64,000 nucleotides of DNA from Octopus sinensis (lineage: Eukaryota): assembly GCF_006345805.1 (NCBI RefSeq), contig NC_043001.1, positions 75,330,001-75,394,000 of the forward strand, read 5' to 3'. The notes below the pieces were generated by a model, which was given only the letters and a program-made list of their open reading frames with translations, had not been told where the DNA came from and made no database searches. Positions 40,451 to 55,407 of this stretch are shown here, in pieces. Each line of letters opens with the position of its first letter. Within the stretch, counting starts at the first letter, position 1. The translations under genes and the position numbers were made by a program.

Positions 40451-43328
40451 ATTCTCACATATCCCCCAGGTACACATCCACAATAAAAACACACAGAAAC
40501 ACACACAGATGTACAAACACACACACAAAGACAATGCAAACCTCCCACACAAACACACTCATACATATACACACACGCACAAACAATATCCCCACGCTCG
40601 AGCACAAACCCACACACATTGCATGAAAAACACATACATATAAATACATGCAATACGATTCTAGCAATCACAACCAACACTCACAGACACACACATATAT
40701 GTAGACACATACATGCACACACCATCCTGACACACTCACACAAACACCCCTCCCACACACACAAATATGCACACATATGTACACACACAAACACAATATA
40801 CTCGTTCCCCAGTAAAAAGTTACACACACACACTCAAAGAATAACTCACATATATACACGCAATACAATCCCAACAATCACAATAAGCACTCACAGACAC
40901 ACACACACATACATACACACACAAAAGCACGCACACACACACACAATAACACACCACCTTGACAAATAAAATACACATAGACACACTCACACAAACACAC
41001 CTACACGTATACACGCACACTGCACAAACAATTGTCTCGAAGTTGCAAACATCAAACAACGACAGAACTTTCACCACTACCAGCATTACTAGTAACACCA
41101 AAATCAGTATCGATAGTAGTAATTGCAACGTGTGTAACCTCAGTACTATCATTAGCACAGTGCGGCCAAAAGCAAAACAATACAACAGCTGACATTACTA
41201 TGAACATTGCTACGGTTATTATCAAAACCAGCATCATCATTATTATCATCATCATCATCATAAGCGGCAGCAACAGCGATAACAACACTAACAACAAGAG
41301 AGAAAGAGAGAGGCAGAGGGGCAGAGAGAGAAGAGTGGAGAGAGAACAGCATCAATATTTGCGAACGCAGCTGGAGACAAGGTAGACTTCGGCTTGAGAC
41401 AGATTCCCCTAAGTGAAGAAAAGTGGACGTGATGTGCTACTAGGAAAAATATCGCGTTACCACGGAAGTTTGTGAAGGTAAAGCACAGGATAGCGGTACC
41501 ATTCCTTTACTTCTTAAGAGGCATCAAAGGAGACAGGTTTCTTAGATACCTTTTTCCACAGGTGTATGGAACAGTAAAATATGTGCTTGGAAACGAAGAA
41601 GGCGAGGAAACTACCACAGGTCATGCAATAACCGAGGAAATGTTTGCATCTTAGGGTGGAATATTGTGGGAGATATGGCTGATGAAGTCACGAGTAAATG
41701 AGTATGGAGAAGCCATGACAACGAGAATGACATAGGAAAATAATCTCTGAGATCGGTATAGCTCCTTAAATATTAATATCACGAAGCTCTATAGAACCTC
41801 CAAGAGTTATGTCCCATCGAGAATTCAGTACTGAAATCGGCAACCTTGGTTGGTTCTGTTTGGGAAAAATTAAAGAGGACGAGTAACGGTCAGCAACAAA
41901 AGTAACAACAATAACTCGCTATTAATATAAGGCAATTACAGTGACACAGAACGAAAACACTGCTGCTCCTCCTCCTGATGCTACTGTATTCTACTGCTCT
42001 TACTACTACTGCCACTATTGCTACTACTGCTGTTGGTACAACTGCTGATGATACAATAACTACTGCTGCTGTGCAAAATAACCATAAGGTTCCACTTCAG
42101 AAATAAACAGATAAATAAATGAAGTGTTTTTATCCTCAGAATCAACATCAGTGGAATGTCTTTAAGTGCTGTGGATACGTGTTTCTGCTTCATTAGGCAT
42201 CATTAGAAGAGCATTTGTCCTATCTCAAAGTTGCAAATATCAAACAAAGACAAACCTTCACCAGTAACACGAGAACCAATAATATCGGTTTCAAAATTGA
42301 GACACTGATAGCAGGTTGAGGCAGGAGATGGGGTAATATGATTACATTGACCCCATTGCTAGACTGCTATTTACTTATTTTATCGATCCCGAAGGGTGAA
42401 TGGCGAAGTCAACATCGGTAGAATTTGAACTCAGAACGTTAAGACGGACGAAATACCGGTAAGCATTTTACCAGGTATGCTAACGATCTGCGATCTGGCT
42501 GCTTTACTAGGACCAGTTAAATCGATAGAGGCAACATTGACGAGAGTGAACTCGGGACTAAGCAGACTTTAGATCAAAGACCATCCAGTCATGACCTTCC
42601 TTCCCCTAACCTCGAGTATTAACTATCTTGAACTACAATGTACACGTATCAATCTCTTACCAAGAACACTGTGCATGCTTTAAAAGTGATCTGTTTTGTT
42701 TTCTAGTATACCAAGCGATTATACCGAAGCCACCTTCGTTGAGGTTTCATTATCTTACTGGGCTGAGTTCAAATTCTCCGTTCGGTATTGCTTATTGAGT
42801 GAAGCTAACCTGGGCTCAGCAAGAAGTTAACCCACAAACTTCGTTTTTATGTAGACAGGTTAAAGAAGGGTAAAATACTCTGTGGTAGTCAGAATAGTTA
42901 AATGTGCTAATCAGAAAACCAGACCATTATGAATGAAGCTCATTATTATGAAGCTAATATTGTATCGTAATGGAATCTGGGGAAAGTTTCTTTCCTCATT
43001 CTAGGAACAAGAAATATTTTCCATACATTTTCATATAGGAAATTGATACAAAAGATCTCCTCAAACCATTACAAATACATAAGTAACACGGAGTAAGTCT
43101 CTTTGGCATTATTGTTTTCAAGGCAACACGGCCGGTTAACATGTATCGATGGCAAATAAGGACCGGTGACGGTTGCAGGATTAATCATTTACAACTGAAT
43201 AAATTGGAGCAACGCGAAATGAAGTACTTTGCTCAAGAACACAACGCTCTGTTCGGGAATCGAATCCGAGGTCTTGGGATTGTAAGTGCAGCACGCTAAC
43301 GACTAGGCCATGCATCTTCTCCCTTATA

Positions 43329-43557
43329 TCTATCTATGTATAATACAACTCTGTGATTGTTTGCGTGCTTGTCTGTAATTTAATACAGCCAAACTGGCGC
43401 ATAATGGAAAAATTGCTTTGAAAGTAAGATAGCATTGAAATATGAATACAAACGGAATAAGACAAGTTTCACGTAAATCGGACCACAGGTACCCGAGATA
43501 CGCAGTTTTTCGGGTACCTTGAACTATTGGTGACGCAATGGGTCACGGGTTGTCTAG
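43329..43557 (+). mobile_element. Short non-autonomous Helitron-like element
   Basis: A|TC start, subterminal hairpin gtgac-gcaatgg-gtcac, and CTAG|T end. Confidence 0.55.
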
Positions 43558-44002
43558 TACTTAATAACAGTCGAATTTCGTAGATGTACTTGTCAGCCAA
43601 GTGATTTGAACTGAAATTGTGTGTTGAAAGTAAAACAATTACAGCTTGAAAGAGTCCAATCGAAAAACACATAAAGACTGTTAACTTCACTTAGACATTT
43701 ATTAGTTGGTGTCAAAAGTTTCGTGGAACTCTATCAGTAATCAGGTTGCAGTTGGGGTGGCAAATATTTTAATATCAAATCATAAATGTTTAAATGAAAT
43801 TAACAGTTTTTTAGTGTTTTTGAATAACTAATACGAGCATTTAATTTTATAATGTAAAGTCGATAAGATACACATCATTATTCTCTTTCAGATCACTTTA
43901 GCATGGTTCTGATTGTAATCAGTTTAAAAAACATTGTTGCTGTTTTAACTGATGCTGAAACTTTTGTTTTCGTCGTTATGAATTTTATTGTTTACTCCTC
44001 AG

Positions 44003-44115
44003 GTCAACCTGATCGAGCAGACGTACACTGGCGAAAAGAAAGGCTACGGCACAAAGTACTAATATGTATTTTGTTCTTGTTGCTCATTTTTGCTACAATC
44101 TTAAGCTTTAAATAA
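44003..44115 (+). CDS. Candidate terminal coding exon of an unidentified host gene
   Basis: Strong acceptor ttttattgtttactcctcag followed by a GC-richer unique stretch. It reads GQPDRADVHWRKERLRHKVLICILFLLLIFATILSFK* or VNLIEQTYTGEKKGYGTKY*. Confidence 0.3.
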
Positions 44116-44896
44116 AATTATAATGATACGGTCTTAAACTAATTTTGCCGGTAAGTGTGAAACGTTTATATTAATTTAGCATTAGAATTCTTCAAGTTGT
44201 ATAAAAATAGTTATTTTCTACATCATTCGAAAGAGAAATAAACTCTGCATAAGGCGTAAAAGATAAAAATAATTTGTATGGTATTAGTAACAAAATATTT
44301 TGTAAGAAATAGAACTTTTATCATCGGTCTTAAATTTGTTTTCGCCACTGTATGTTTAAGAAGCGCCTGCGAGACTACATTATCCAATGTACTCTGCTTT
44401 TAAGAAATACTGTTTCAGAAAGATTTAGCTGCTGATTGTTGCAGGTCAAGCGACCTCATAAATGCTCGTTCATACCACTGTAGTTCTTTCTCTTGGCATG
44501 TTCAGGCTGGATGGACTTTCACTAGCTTAATGTACGAATCATAAGCAGATCCAAGCAAATGAATACTTAAGTAGATAATAGAAGTAAATCCAACTATATT
44601 GACTTTAGTTAATATAAGATCCAGCTAGATAAAATCTAAGATATCATAATTGTAATCGTTGGAATATAGGAGTTCTGTATGAGTAATGTCATTTATTTGT
44701 ATCCTGAGCATAACTGAAGACTTCTTAAATGGGTGGTGCATAACAGTAGAGAACATAATATCTGCTGAGAGAATGCGAACCACTAATTCTTTTCTCAATT
44801 GTGCGATATTCCATCGATGTAACTGTCTACAACGCATTACTTCATGTTCTCATCACTCACAAGAAAAGGTTTTTCTAAATTTGAAAATATGGTTCT

Positions 44897-45421
44897 AGGA
44901 GCATTCGCCGTAAACATTTTTGTCGCAGGAAAACTCACCGTAGGAAACTTTGCCATATAGGAAATTTTGTCGTAATTTCGCCGCATAGATAATTTCGAAG
45001 ATATGGCAGGCAGCCTGATTTAGAGAAATTGCAGCTCTGAAAAATTTGATTTTTGTATATATGTATACACACACACACAAACACACACACACACACAAAC
45101 ACACAAACACACACACACACACACGTGTTTTTTATAATTCTCTTTTAGATTTAACTAATTTTTTTTGGTACTTTGTAAATGTAATATTTATATTGTATTA
45201 CTTTTTATTTAAACAAATTTTGTGGTTTGAAATGCCTTATTTTGCCCCTCCCCCGTAGCTTTGCCATAATAATATAATAGATAGGTTGGTTGAAACAATT
45301 ATATACCAAGGAAGCAATTCATCTGTTTTTCGGTGAAATTGTCTTACTGCAAAATTTCCTATGCGACCCAAAATCCTGAGACGAATTTTCGTGCAGCAAA
45401 AATGCTTGCGGCAAACCTTCC
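44897..45421. mobile_element. Old MITE-like element with degenerate, internally repetitive inverted ends
   Basis: 44897-45000 and 45325-45421 are loose reverse complements built of ~15-bp subrepeats. Confidence 0.45.
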
Positions 45422-46869
45422 GTATTTACCTTCATGTATAGTACTGAGCTGCATGATGTTTCGAGCGAATATAATTCTTTTATAGCCTCGTTGTAACTCA
45501 AACTTTATAATAGAAATTGGGTTGAAGGACTTGTTGGCGGGCAATTCAAATGGAATACCTTTATCACACACTGTCTTACTGATTCTGCTTAAGTGTTACG
45601 TTAAAGTTACATATATCTGTGGAATACTCAGCTGCTTACATATTTCAGGTAATCAAATGACGGAGATCAACAAGTACTAATTGTGTGGTTAAGAAGTACT
45701 TTCTGCAACTATACAGTTTCATGTTCAATCTCAGTTGCACAACATTATGGGCACCATAGCCTCGGGTCAACTAAAGTCTCGAGAGTGAAATTTAGAAGAC
45801 GGATGTTGTACGGAAGACCATTACTGGCATTCAGGCCATACGTCCAGTTTAGAGATAACTTCTTTCATACTACCACCTTCTGTAGAACACAAAAATGTTA
45901 TATCTGTGGCTCATCTTCCTCTAGTCAAACCATTGGTAATCTGACAAGAAGGATCTCATGATACCAATACAGTCTATAAAAGGAAGTACCTGTAATATAC
46001 TGAGAGGAAACGTTTACCTCGTCTGTCATATTTACCTCGTCTGTCATATTTACCTCGTCTGTTACATTTCCCTTTACAAAGTCAGTATTGCGTCTGTGCT
46101 GAAAAGAAAATCAATGCGTATCTATTTAAATATCTGTATTTAAGATTAAAATCTTCTAAATTTGATTCGGCGAATATGAAAATTAAACTTTCAAACAGTT
46201 TTTTTCTTTCAAAGTTCAGATAAAAATCTATTTTGTTAGCTTTTTAGATTACTCTTGAGAAATGAAATATTAATTTATATATATTGAGTTTAGGATAAAT
46301 TTATATATAAATAAATGAAGCATTCCAGAAGAGTTTATCATTTTAAAGTTTCTGAATTAAGCTTATTTCTTTATTTATATATTATATAACATAATAAAAA
46401 TTAGAGAATGAAAATAAAAGGACGAAATACTAAACTTGAAATTACTAAACTGGATGCGTTACATTATTTAATCTCATCTCTATATATTTTAATATTGGAG
46501 GATATCGAGTAATCTTTCATAACAGCAACATTGATTAACAGTAGCTGATGTAATAGTAGCCAAACTATATACTGGACTATCGTATCGATTATATCAACGA
46601 GCAGAAAGAAATCGAAAGGTTTGTATTTAATACAAAATAACTATAATAAAGTTAAGCATGTTGACAGTAAAATAGCACACAACATATTTTACAATTTTTT
46701 GGAAGATAGGAATATATCAATGTGTGTGTGTTTGTGTGTGTGTATGTGTGCAAATTTATATACATACAGGCACAGGACTGTATGCGTAGATCTATTCCCT
46801 GTGTTGATTTTTGGCGAGTCGGACGGAATTTTTTGTGTTGCTTGTCAGTGGAAGTTATACCGGTAGAGA

Positions 46870-47515
46870 CAATGTATTCAGACCTTAGCGGGCCTGAGCT
46901 GTCTTCAGCGGAGGTGGAGCTTGTGAAGGCGGTGGAAAAAATGGATAAAATATTAGAAAAAAACAGAGTTTTGCTGAGACTTCGGAGGTGAAGAGAAGGG
47001 AAGTGGACCTGGCTAGATTGAAGGAGTATGGCAAGATGACACAGAGGGTGGGCGGCGACGTGAAATTGTCGCCCCCTAAAAGAATCATGGAGTACATGGA
47101 GAAAAACTCCATCACCTACAACATGCACTCTTTGGAGAACAAGCAGGTTAAACAGGTGGAAGCGGCAAAAATAGAAAATGTACTGAGGAAATAATCGAGC
47201 CAAATTATGTATATAACAACAGGAAGCAAATACGAGACTGTGGTTGTCCAGTCTAGGACAGTGGAAGAGGCGAGAGGGCTGGCGAGTGTAGCAGCGAGGG
47301 CGGAGGAAGTGGTACTTATGCCCACGTATCTTGGAAGAAAGACTGCCACGGTGAGGGTAGAAAGAATCCTATCCGATATGGAGGTGGCTTGGGTTGCGGC
47401 AGCCGGCCTCGTTGGAAGTGAGGAGGTGGCTGTCCTCCAAGCCACGGAAACGGAGGAAGGAGGATGGAGAGGAAAAACACTGGACCTCATTATACAGGCA
47501 GAGGAGAGGTGTTAC
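46870..47515 (+). mobile_element. Probable L1/Tx1-like ORF1 N-terminal fragment (pseudogene)
   Basis: GC-richer, nearly continuous coding stretch with stops (…YITTGSKYETVVVQSRTVEEA…LMPTYLGRKTATVRVERI…), reminiscent of Tx1 ORF1; recognised by eye only. Confidence 0.5.
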
Positions 47516-47679
47516 TCAATGTGGGGTGAGTAACACATTTTTCATATTCTCATTTTCAAGGTTTCATTCATGTTATCATAACTTTAATATTTTAATTTTT
47601 TTCATGTTAATTTTCATATTTTATTTTTATATATTTTTAATTTTTTATGTTCCCACATATTTTGTAGTGTCCCCTTATC

Positions 47680-48080
47680 AACCACATGGTTCCGAGTTTA
47701 GTCCCACTGCGTGGCACCTTGAGCAAGTGTATTCTACTATAGCTTCGGGCTGACCAAAGCCTTGTGAGTAGATTTGCTACATGGAAACTGAAAGAAGCTC
47801 GTCGTGTGTGTATATATATAACTATATATATGTGCGTGTGTGCATGTGTACGTTTGTGTGTATGACTGTGTGTCTGTGTTCGTCCCCCACCACCAACATC
47901 GCTGTACAACCGATGCTGGTGCGTTTACGTCCCCGTAACCTGGCAGTTCGGCAAAACAGTCCGATAGAATAAGTACTAGGCTTACAAAGAATAAATTCTG
48001 GAATCGATTTGCTCGACTAAAGGCGGTGGTCCAGCATGGACGTAGTCAAATAACTGAAACAGGCAAAAGAATAAAAGAAT
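47680..48080 (+). mobile_element. CORE-like SINE, 5'-truncated
   Basis: Homologous to 1953-2450. Confidence 0.75.
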
Positions 48081-48125
48081 ATACATACATACGTATATAT
48101 ACATACACACACACACCTATATATA

Positions 48126-48169
<44 letters not shown>

Positions 48170-48173
<4 letters not shown>

Positions 48174-48985
48174 ATTTAGGAATGGTCATATTGCCAGTTT
48201 AGACAATAAAAACACACGCACTATGTATTTGGTGTTAATTTGGTTCAGCTTTATTTATTTTTTACATTAATCTTAATCTTATTTCGGCCAGAGTTCTTTC
48301 GTCACACTTCTGTAACCTCATCAGTGGTCCTTTGCTTTCTTCTTTCTTATTTGTGTGTCTCTCCTTACTAACGATCAGCCATTTTGTATTTTGCATTTTT
48401 ATTGTATGTCTTTATTTGCGCATGCGTATACCTCTATGTGTGTCTATGTTTAGTTAGTGTGTGTGTAGGGGGTGGGGAAGTGCCTGTATTATATGTATCT
48501 TCTGTTTATACACGTTCGTGTAATTTGATTTTGTTTATTTTGTTCATATGTTTATATCTACTTATCATTTTTTTGTATTTAATTAAATCATTTAAAAAAA
48601 ATTTTGTTAATGTATATAATTATTTAATTCCATTTGTTTATCTTTGCATTTTATTATGTTTTGTTTATATTGTTATCAGTTTATGGGGATCTTATTCTGT
48701 CATATGCCAGCGTTCCATTCCAGTTTCCTATTCAGGCAAGATTTATCTTCTATTACGTGTGTAGCTTCTGTAATTTGTCTAATTGTTGCGTCTGTTCTAT
48801 GTGTTGACAAGATTTTAACTTCTATGTTGTTGAGTAAGACCCCGTGTTCCTGCTCGGCGTGCTGGTACAGAACCGATGAGCTCTTTTCCTTAATTTCCCT
48901 CCAATGTCCATTTACCCGGTCTCCTATGCTCCGTGCCGTTTCCCTTATGTACGTCGTTGTCTTGTTACTTTAACATGAAATGACT
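48170..48985 (-). mobile_element. PLE 3' fragment (GIY-YIG + pLTR with hammerhead-like motif), ending in (TA)n
   Basis: TYIRETARSIGDRVNGH...QHAEQEH...RQITEA. The reverse complement of 48286-48330 reads ggacca-CTGATGA-ggttac agaagt gtgac-GAAAG-aa-CTC-tggcc. Confidence 0.75.
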
Positions 48986-49123
48986 TCGTAAATATAAGTT
49001 TTTCTCAAAAATGCTAAGAATGAAAGATGTTTTATATGAGACATACTACTAGTGTCCGAAGTTTGAAAGTGTTTAGTTACAAAAAATAATTTTTTAAATC
49101 TGTAGGTCAAAAGGTAAAGATCC
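48985..49123 (-). mobile_element. Terminal fragment related to the MITE at 10563
   Basis: The reverse complement begins ggatcttt...gtaactaaacactt...tataaaacatcttt and aligns with 10563-10700. Confidence 0.6.
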
Positions 49124-50859
49124 AAATCTTTCCTTATACGATTAGGCTGTCAGATATATTCGTTAATGCTTGACATTTTCTTTTCATCCTTTCCAATGTT
49201 GTTTTTATCGTGATTTTTTATGTTTTTATTTTGTAGCTCTAATCTTCCATAACAATTTTTGTTTATTGATTATGCAATTTGTATAAATTCTACCTTTATC
49301 GATTATGAAATTTGAATATATTTTACCTCTTTTCAAACATTTGACGAGGGAATGTCAAGTAGAAAAGGAACGAACAAGTTTATGTGACAACCCACAATTT
49401 GCTGCTCTGAACAAAACTATTTTTCTCGGATTCTACAGTTATACTTTGTAACTTTGATGAAATTTGAATGGTTAATTATTTCGTTTGGTATCAGTAAAGG
49501 AGGTGAGCTAGCAGTATCGTCAGTATGCTGGGCAAAATGTTTAGTTGCATTTCGCCGTCTTAAGGTTCTGAGTTCAAATTCCACCGTGGTCGACATTCGG
49601 GGTTGATAAAATAAGTACCAGTTGAGCACTGGAGTTGATGTAATCGATTTACCCCCTCTCATGACATTAATGGGTGCCAAAATCTGAAACTAATATCAGC
49701 AAACTCTGTTTGCTATCATTGGGATTTAGCTGTTATAAACAGCTAACTTAATAAAAAAAGGGAGATAAGCATAGTGAAGTGCTGGTTATAATGAGTATTA
49801 AGGAAATTTGAGTTGGTGATGGTGATGAGAATATCATAATCAGAGGTCTACTCGAAAATATCTAACTTTAGGCTAAACAACCAGATCAAACTGGATATAT
49901 TTAATAATATCTGGACCAATTTTAATATTATCACGAGAATCATCAAAGATTACTCTGAATTAAATATACCCAAAACCGATCTCTTGCATGGTTTCTAAGT
50001 TTTTGTCTTTTAATATTAAGTTGTCTATCCTTTGAACTTGGCGATTTATGACCCTAGCCATTGTCCTATTGACAAATTAGCTTTAAGTTCTTAAATGCAC
50101 AATGGACTAACGTTTGTGTTCCTTTCTTTGTAGTTATAATTTTGTAAGTATATCTATGTGACTAAATCTACATACAGAGCTAACAATGTAGCTTGGAGCA
50201 GATGCTATTGGTTTTCTTCTAAATCACAGACCATTATTTTATGACAGACTCTCTTATCCACCCCTATTAATGGAAGTACTAGACTCGAGTGGAGGCCCTA
50301 GATTCGTTCACAGTGAGATGTTTACTACTGCAGAAAGTTCATTTCCGAAGTTCGTTTGGTGTTGATGGCTGATTGAATGTCATATTATGGTGAAGGCGTG
50401 TCGAAATTTAGCGGATGATTTCTGATGCGATTTAATCTGAAATCCCCCTGCCTTAAGGCAGAAGTGTTGCTTAGGCCCAGGTTAGCCCTAGCTGAATACA
50501 CCTATAATAAAAGGCGTCTATGTCTATCTTGTGTTCTTTTCAGACATATTGTATCTTGTACTATATTACAAGATCTGACGAGATAATAGAAGAGTAAGAT
50601 TTACTTACAATTTCAAGCAAATGGAGATACCATTTAATGATTTGAGTTACATAATGTTGTTACTTGCTGACACACAGACTATATGTTTCCATCTTTTATT
50701 TGTAACTGTATTAAACCCTTTATTGCAATATTTGTTAGAACTTGGATCCAAATGAAATTTCATGAATGTTAACTTGTCTATTAACTCAATTATTGGTTTC
50801 TAAATATTGCACAAGGCTAGTAGTTTTGAGGAGTTAGTCAATACCGTCTACCCTATGAC

Positions 50860-51160
50860 TCAGTTGTTAGAGTGTCGGGTTTACAATCATGCGGTACTGA
50901 GTTCGATTCCCGGACTGGGCTGTGTGTTGTGTTCTTGAGCAAGACACTTTATTTCACGTTGCTCCAGTTCCCTCATCTGTAGAAATGAGTTGCGACGTTA
51001 CTGGTGCCAGGCTGTATCGACGTTTGACTTTCCTTTGGATAAAATCGGTGGTGAGAAGGGAAGCTGGCATGCATAGGTGACTGCCGGTCTTCCATAAACA
51101 GCCTTGCCCTGACTTGTGCCACGGAGGGAACTTTCTAGATGCAATCCTATGGTCATTCAT
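50860..51160 (+). mobile_element. tRNA-derived SINE (third family)
   Basis: B box gagttcgattccc followed by ttgtgttcttgagcaagacacttt. A related minus-strand piece lies at ~43190-43315. Confidence 0.7.
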
Positions 51161-52030
51161 TACTTTACTAGTACTTGACTGGTATTTTATTCTTAATCAA
51201 CCTTGAAAAGATAAAGGGCAAATTTAATCTTGGCGGTGTATTAACTCAGAACGCAAAGAGCCGGAAGAAAATACCGCATGGTATTTTTTCGATGCTCTGA
51301 CGATTCTGCTAGCTTACAGCTTTTATAGAATCAATTAATAGATGTAAGTGTATTTCGCTTCAGTCTTTTATGTCGTGGTTCAAATCAATCAAGGGCTCAG
51401 TAAAATAAAAAAATATCAATATTACTGTGTTGCATCGTACATTTTTCCTCCTTTGGTGATTACCCTTGCGACTAATCAATGCAAAAATCGCATGTTTTAC
51501 ATTAAATAAATGTTAAGTTGAATAATTAGTTTCTGGTTCAACAAACGAATTTGTTCTTTTAGTTCTTTCTCTATATTTTAAAAATCATTTATAATGTTTG
51601 TAAGAAATATATTTCTTCACAAAGAAAAGGGCATTAAGCAAGGTTGACTGAATTAGTAATTAACTTGCGCGTGAATTTGACGCAAAACAATATTGATTTA
51701 TTTCAGCAACGAAATTGACGAATATGTTTTTTCCTGACGTTCGCCAACAATTGAAAGCTAGATTTAAAAGGAAATAATGTTATAATAACTGTTTAAACAT
51801 CAAAGCAAAGCTAACGTGATTTAATTGTCATTAAGCTATTTCTAAAATACACTATACCCCACCCCACCCCACACGCATGCACACACGCATATATATATAT
51901 ATATATTATATATATATATATATATAACCTAAATAGGTGATAAATCTCAAGGAGCTCGTCGTGAAATGTGAAACTTATAGCTTGAATATTGGAAAGGAAT
52001 GGTAGGAGGAAGAGAGAAAGAGAGAGAGAG

Positions 52031-52061
<31 letters not shown>

Positions 52062-52376
52062 GGGAAGACGGAGAGTGAAATAGAAGAGGAATAGAGAGAG
52101 AGAGAAAGAGAGAGAGAGAGCGGGGTCTCTCACGAATGAGAGAGGGAGAGAGAGTGAGTGAGAAGGAGATAGGGTTGATTATTGAATACTCAGTGTGTTT
52201 AGTTAATTCCTATAGGATTCGGCTTTTAACGTGTGAGCTAATTATAAAACGCAATTAGATTTGGGATCTGAAGTTAATAAATGAGGGAAACTTTACAAAA
52301 TACTAACGTAAATATATATTATTTTATTCTTTTACTTCTTACGGTCTTTTCACTGTGGCCATGCTGAAGTAGTATT

Positions 52377-52434
<58 letters not shown>

Positions 52435-52460
52435 ATCTATCTATCTATCTATCTATCTAT

Positions 52461-54150
52461 CAAGCAAGCAAGTCCATGCCGTCCACCAGCGCCTCCGTCG
52501 TGGGACGCTGGACCGACGGCCCGGTCGAGTTGCTCGGGGTCTGGTTTGGTCCGGACCTCCAAGTGGAGAAGAACTGGAACGGGATAACAAGTAGGGTGGT
52601 CACTCTCGCCCGGCAATGGGCCGAGAGGAAACCGTCCCTAAAAGGTCGGGTGGAGGTGGCGAACACGTACATCGCGTCCGTCATCTACTACCGCCTGACC
52701 GTCGTGCCTTGTCCCGACCCTACCATCACCAAACTAGAACGCATTCTCTTTCGCTTCTTGTGGAAAGGATGCGTCCCGATGGTCAGGCGATCCATTTGCT
52801 GTCAACACCCGTTAAAAGGAGGACTGGGCATGCCGTGGTTGATGATGCGCATACATGCACTGAGACTGCGACATCTCAGGCTCTTCGTAGACGACGGTGA
52901 ACAGGTGTGGTCGCCGTTTGTGAGGCACGCGTTCCCGCAGCTCGTCTCCATGACCGAACTGCAGTCGTGGATCAAAAAGAGGCCGAGGAAGGGCGAATGG
53001 CACCGCGAGTGTCGCGTTGCTCCCAAGCAACTCTGCCGTCCTGGGTCGGCCTTGAGTGACTTCATCACAACCAAAGCATTCTATAGGGGATTAGTGGAGG
53101 GGAGGTACGACGACGAGCTCGGGGCGAACCTGGACGTCGACGAGGAGTACCTGACCCGCCTGTTCGGGACGACTTTCGGGCCAGGGCCCATGGACAACTT
53201 CCAGAGATCCCTGGCCTGGCAGTGCTACCGAGAAGCGCTACCCGTTCGGGATAAGCTCTACAGACATGGCTCGAGAAACACGGGGCCGACCTGCCCGAGA
53301 TGCGGTCAGAGCGACGAAACCGTTCTGCACGCACTCGTGCAGTGTCCAACAATTTCCGACCTGTGGGCTTATGTCGAACAACTGCTGTCACGTGTGGGAC
53401 GAGTCGGTTTATCAGCTGAGTCTATCGTCAATATTGTCACGCCTCCTTCCTTCAAACGGGAAGGAAGAGCTATTTTCCTCATCTTTGTGGCTATGGCGAA
53501 AGAATGTATCTGGTGGACGCGTCTGAAAGGATTGGAGACAAACACTCTCTGGTCAATCTCTCATCAACTTCTTCAAGTACCACTTGAAAAGGAAAGTGAG
53601 AGTAGAGAGGTAAGTTTTGTCTAGCGAATGTTTTAAAAAAAGATTGGTGAATGTAGCAAGGCTGGCACGTATGAATGACAAAGCCACTTTGAGCATAATC
53701 CTATGAACCCAGAAATTGCAAACAGAGGGTTACCCACTTGCAAACAAATGTGGTAACATATAACAATATTGACTAAGGTTACCGTGGTCTTTTTCGTAGG
53801 CTTTTCTTTCCACGGATAAACCTCACTTGCTTTTCCCTTTACACGATACATCATAACACTGTGATACACGATCCCTGTTGATCGTTTTTTTTCCTCTTCC
53901 CCCTTTTTTCCCCTTTTTTCTTCTTTTTTTCATTTCTCTTTTCTCTTGTTCCTTTTCCTTTTCTTCTTTTTTTCTTTTTTTTCTTTTTTGTTCTTTTTTT
54001 TCCCGTTTACGATCCCTTTTGATCGAAAACCTGCGCCACCTTTTTTTTTGTTTCTTTTGTTTTTTTTTGATTTTTTCATCCCCCAAAAGAAAAGCTCTAC
54101 CTTGTAACTTGTCCCATCTGTGTGCAGCCCTGTGTGGCCAATAAAGAAAC

Positions 54151-54152
<2 letters not shown>
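52461..54152 (+). mobile_element. 5'-truncated Tx1/L1-like LINE (RT thumb region + zinc knuckle + T-rich 3' UTR) embedded in (TCTA)n
   Basis: ORF 52476-53624 contains LLGVWF, SLKGRVEVAN, FRFLWKG, KGGLGMP and CPRCGQSDETVLHALVQC. It ends aataaagaaactt, with (TCTA)n on both flanks. Confidence 0.92.
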
Positions 54153-54233
<81 letters not shown>

Positions 54234-54269
54234 CATAATCTGTGAAGTAGACACATGTATGCATGTCTA

Positions 54270-54815
<546 letters not shown>

Positions 54816-54821
54816 ATAATA

Positions 54822-54853
<32 letters not shown>

Positions 54854-55407
54854 CTCACACACACATATATATCTATATATCTATATATGCAGAGAAAGAG
54901 AGAGAGATGCGTTTATATAAAGATACACAGATATATACGCGCATGCATACATACACAAGTGTAGACCTCTCTAACTTATATATGTATGTTTGTATTCTTT
55001 GTGTTTATGTAGGATTCTGATGGTTTCAAGGCCAGTAGTTTTTGAGAAGGAAATCGATTATATCGAAACCAGTTTATTACTGGTACTCAAAGTCGACCTA
55101 GGCGCATTTGAACGGAGAACGTAAGGAAGGACGAAATGCTTTTAAGCATTTTGTCCAGCGTGCTGGACGAATCGCAGCCTGATTTCGGATTGTAATTGTA
55201 ATAAAAGCAATTTTACATTACATTGAAGTATTACCCAGTAATTTTTGTAGTATACATTTGATACTTTTACAAGAAGTGTGGTGACGGCAATTTCGAAGCT
55301 TCGGCGTGCTAACCTTCATCAGACTTCGTAGGGCATTTGCATGAAAGGTAGCAGACAGAAACTTTGAAGTTTCTGTCATCACTACTCTTATTGTAAATAT
55401 ATATACA

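Noticed and set aside
46012-46062. Three copies of an 18-bp repeat (tttacctcgtctgtcata)
   Set aside because: Ordinary minisatellite with no spacers or associated features.
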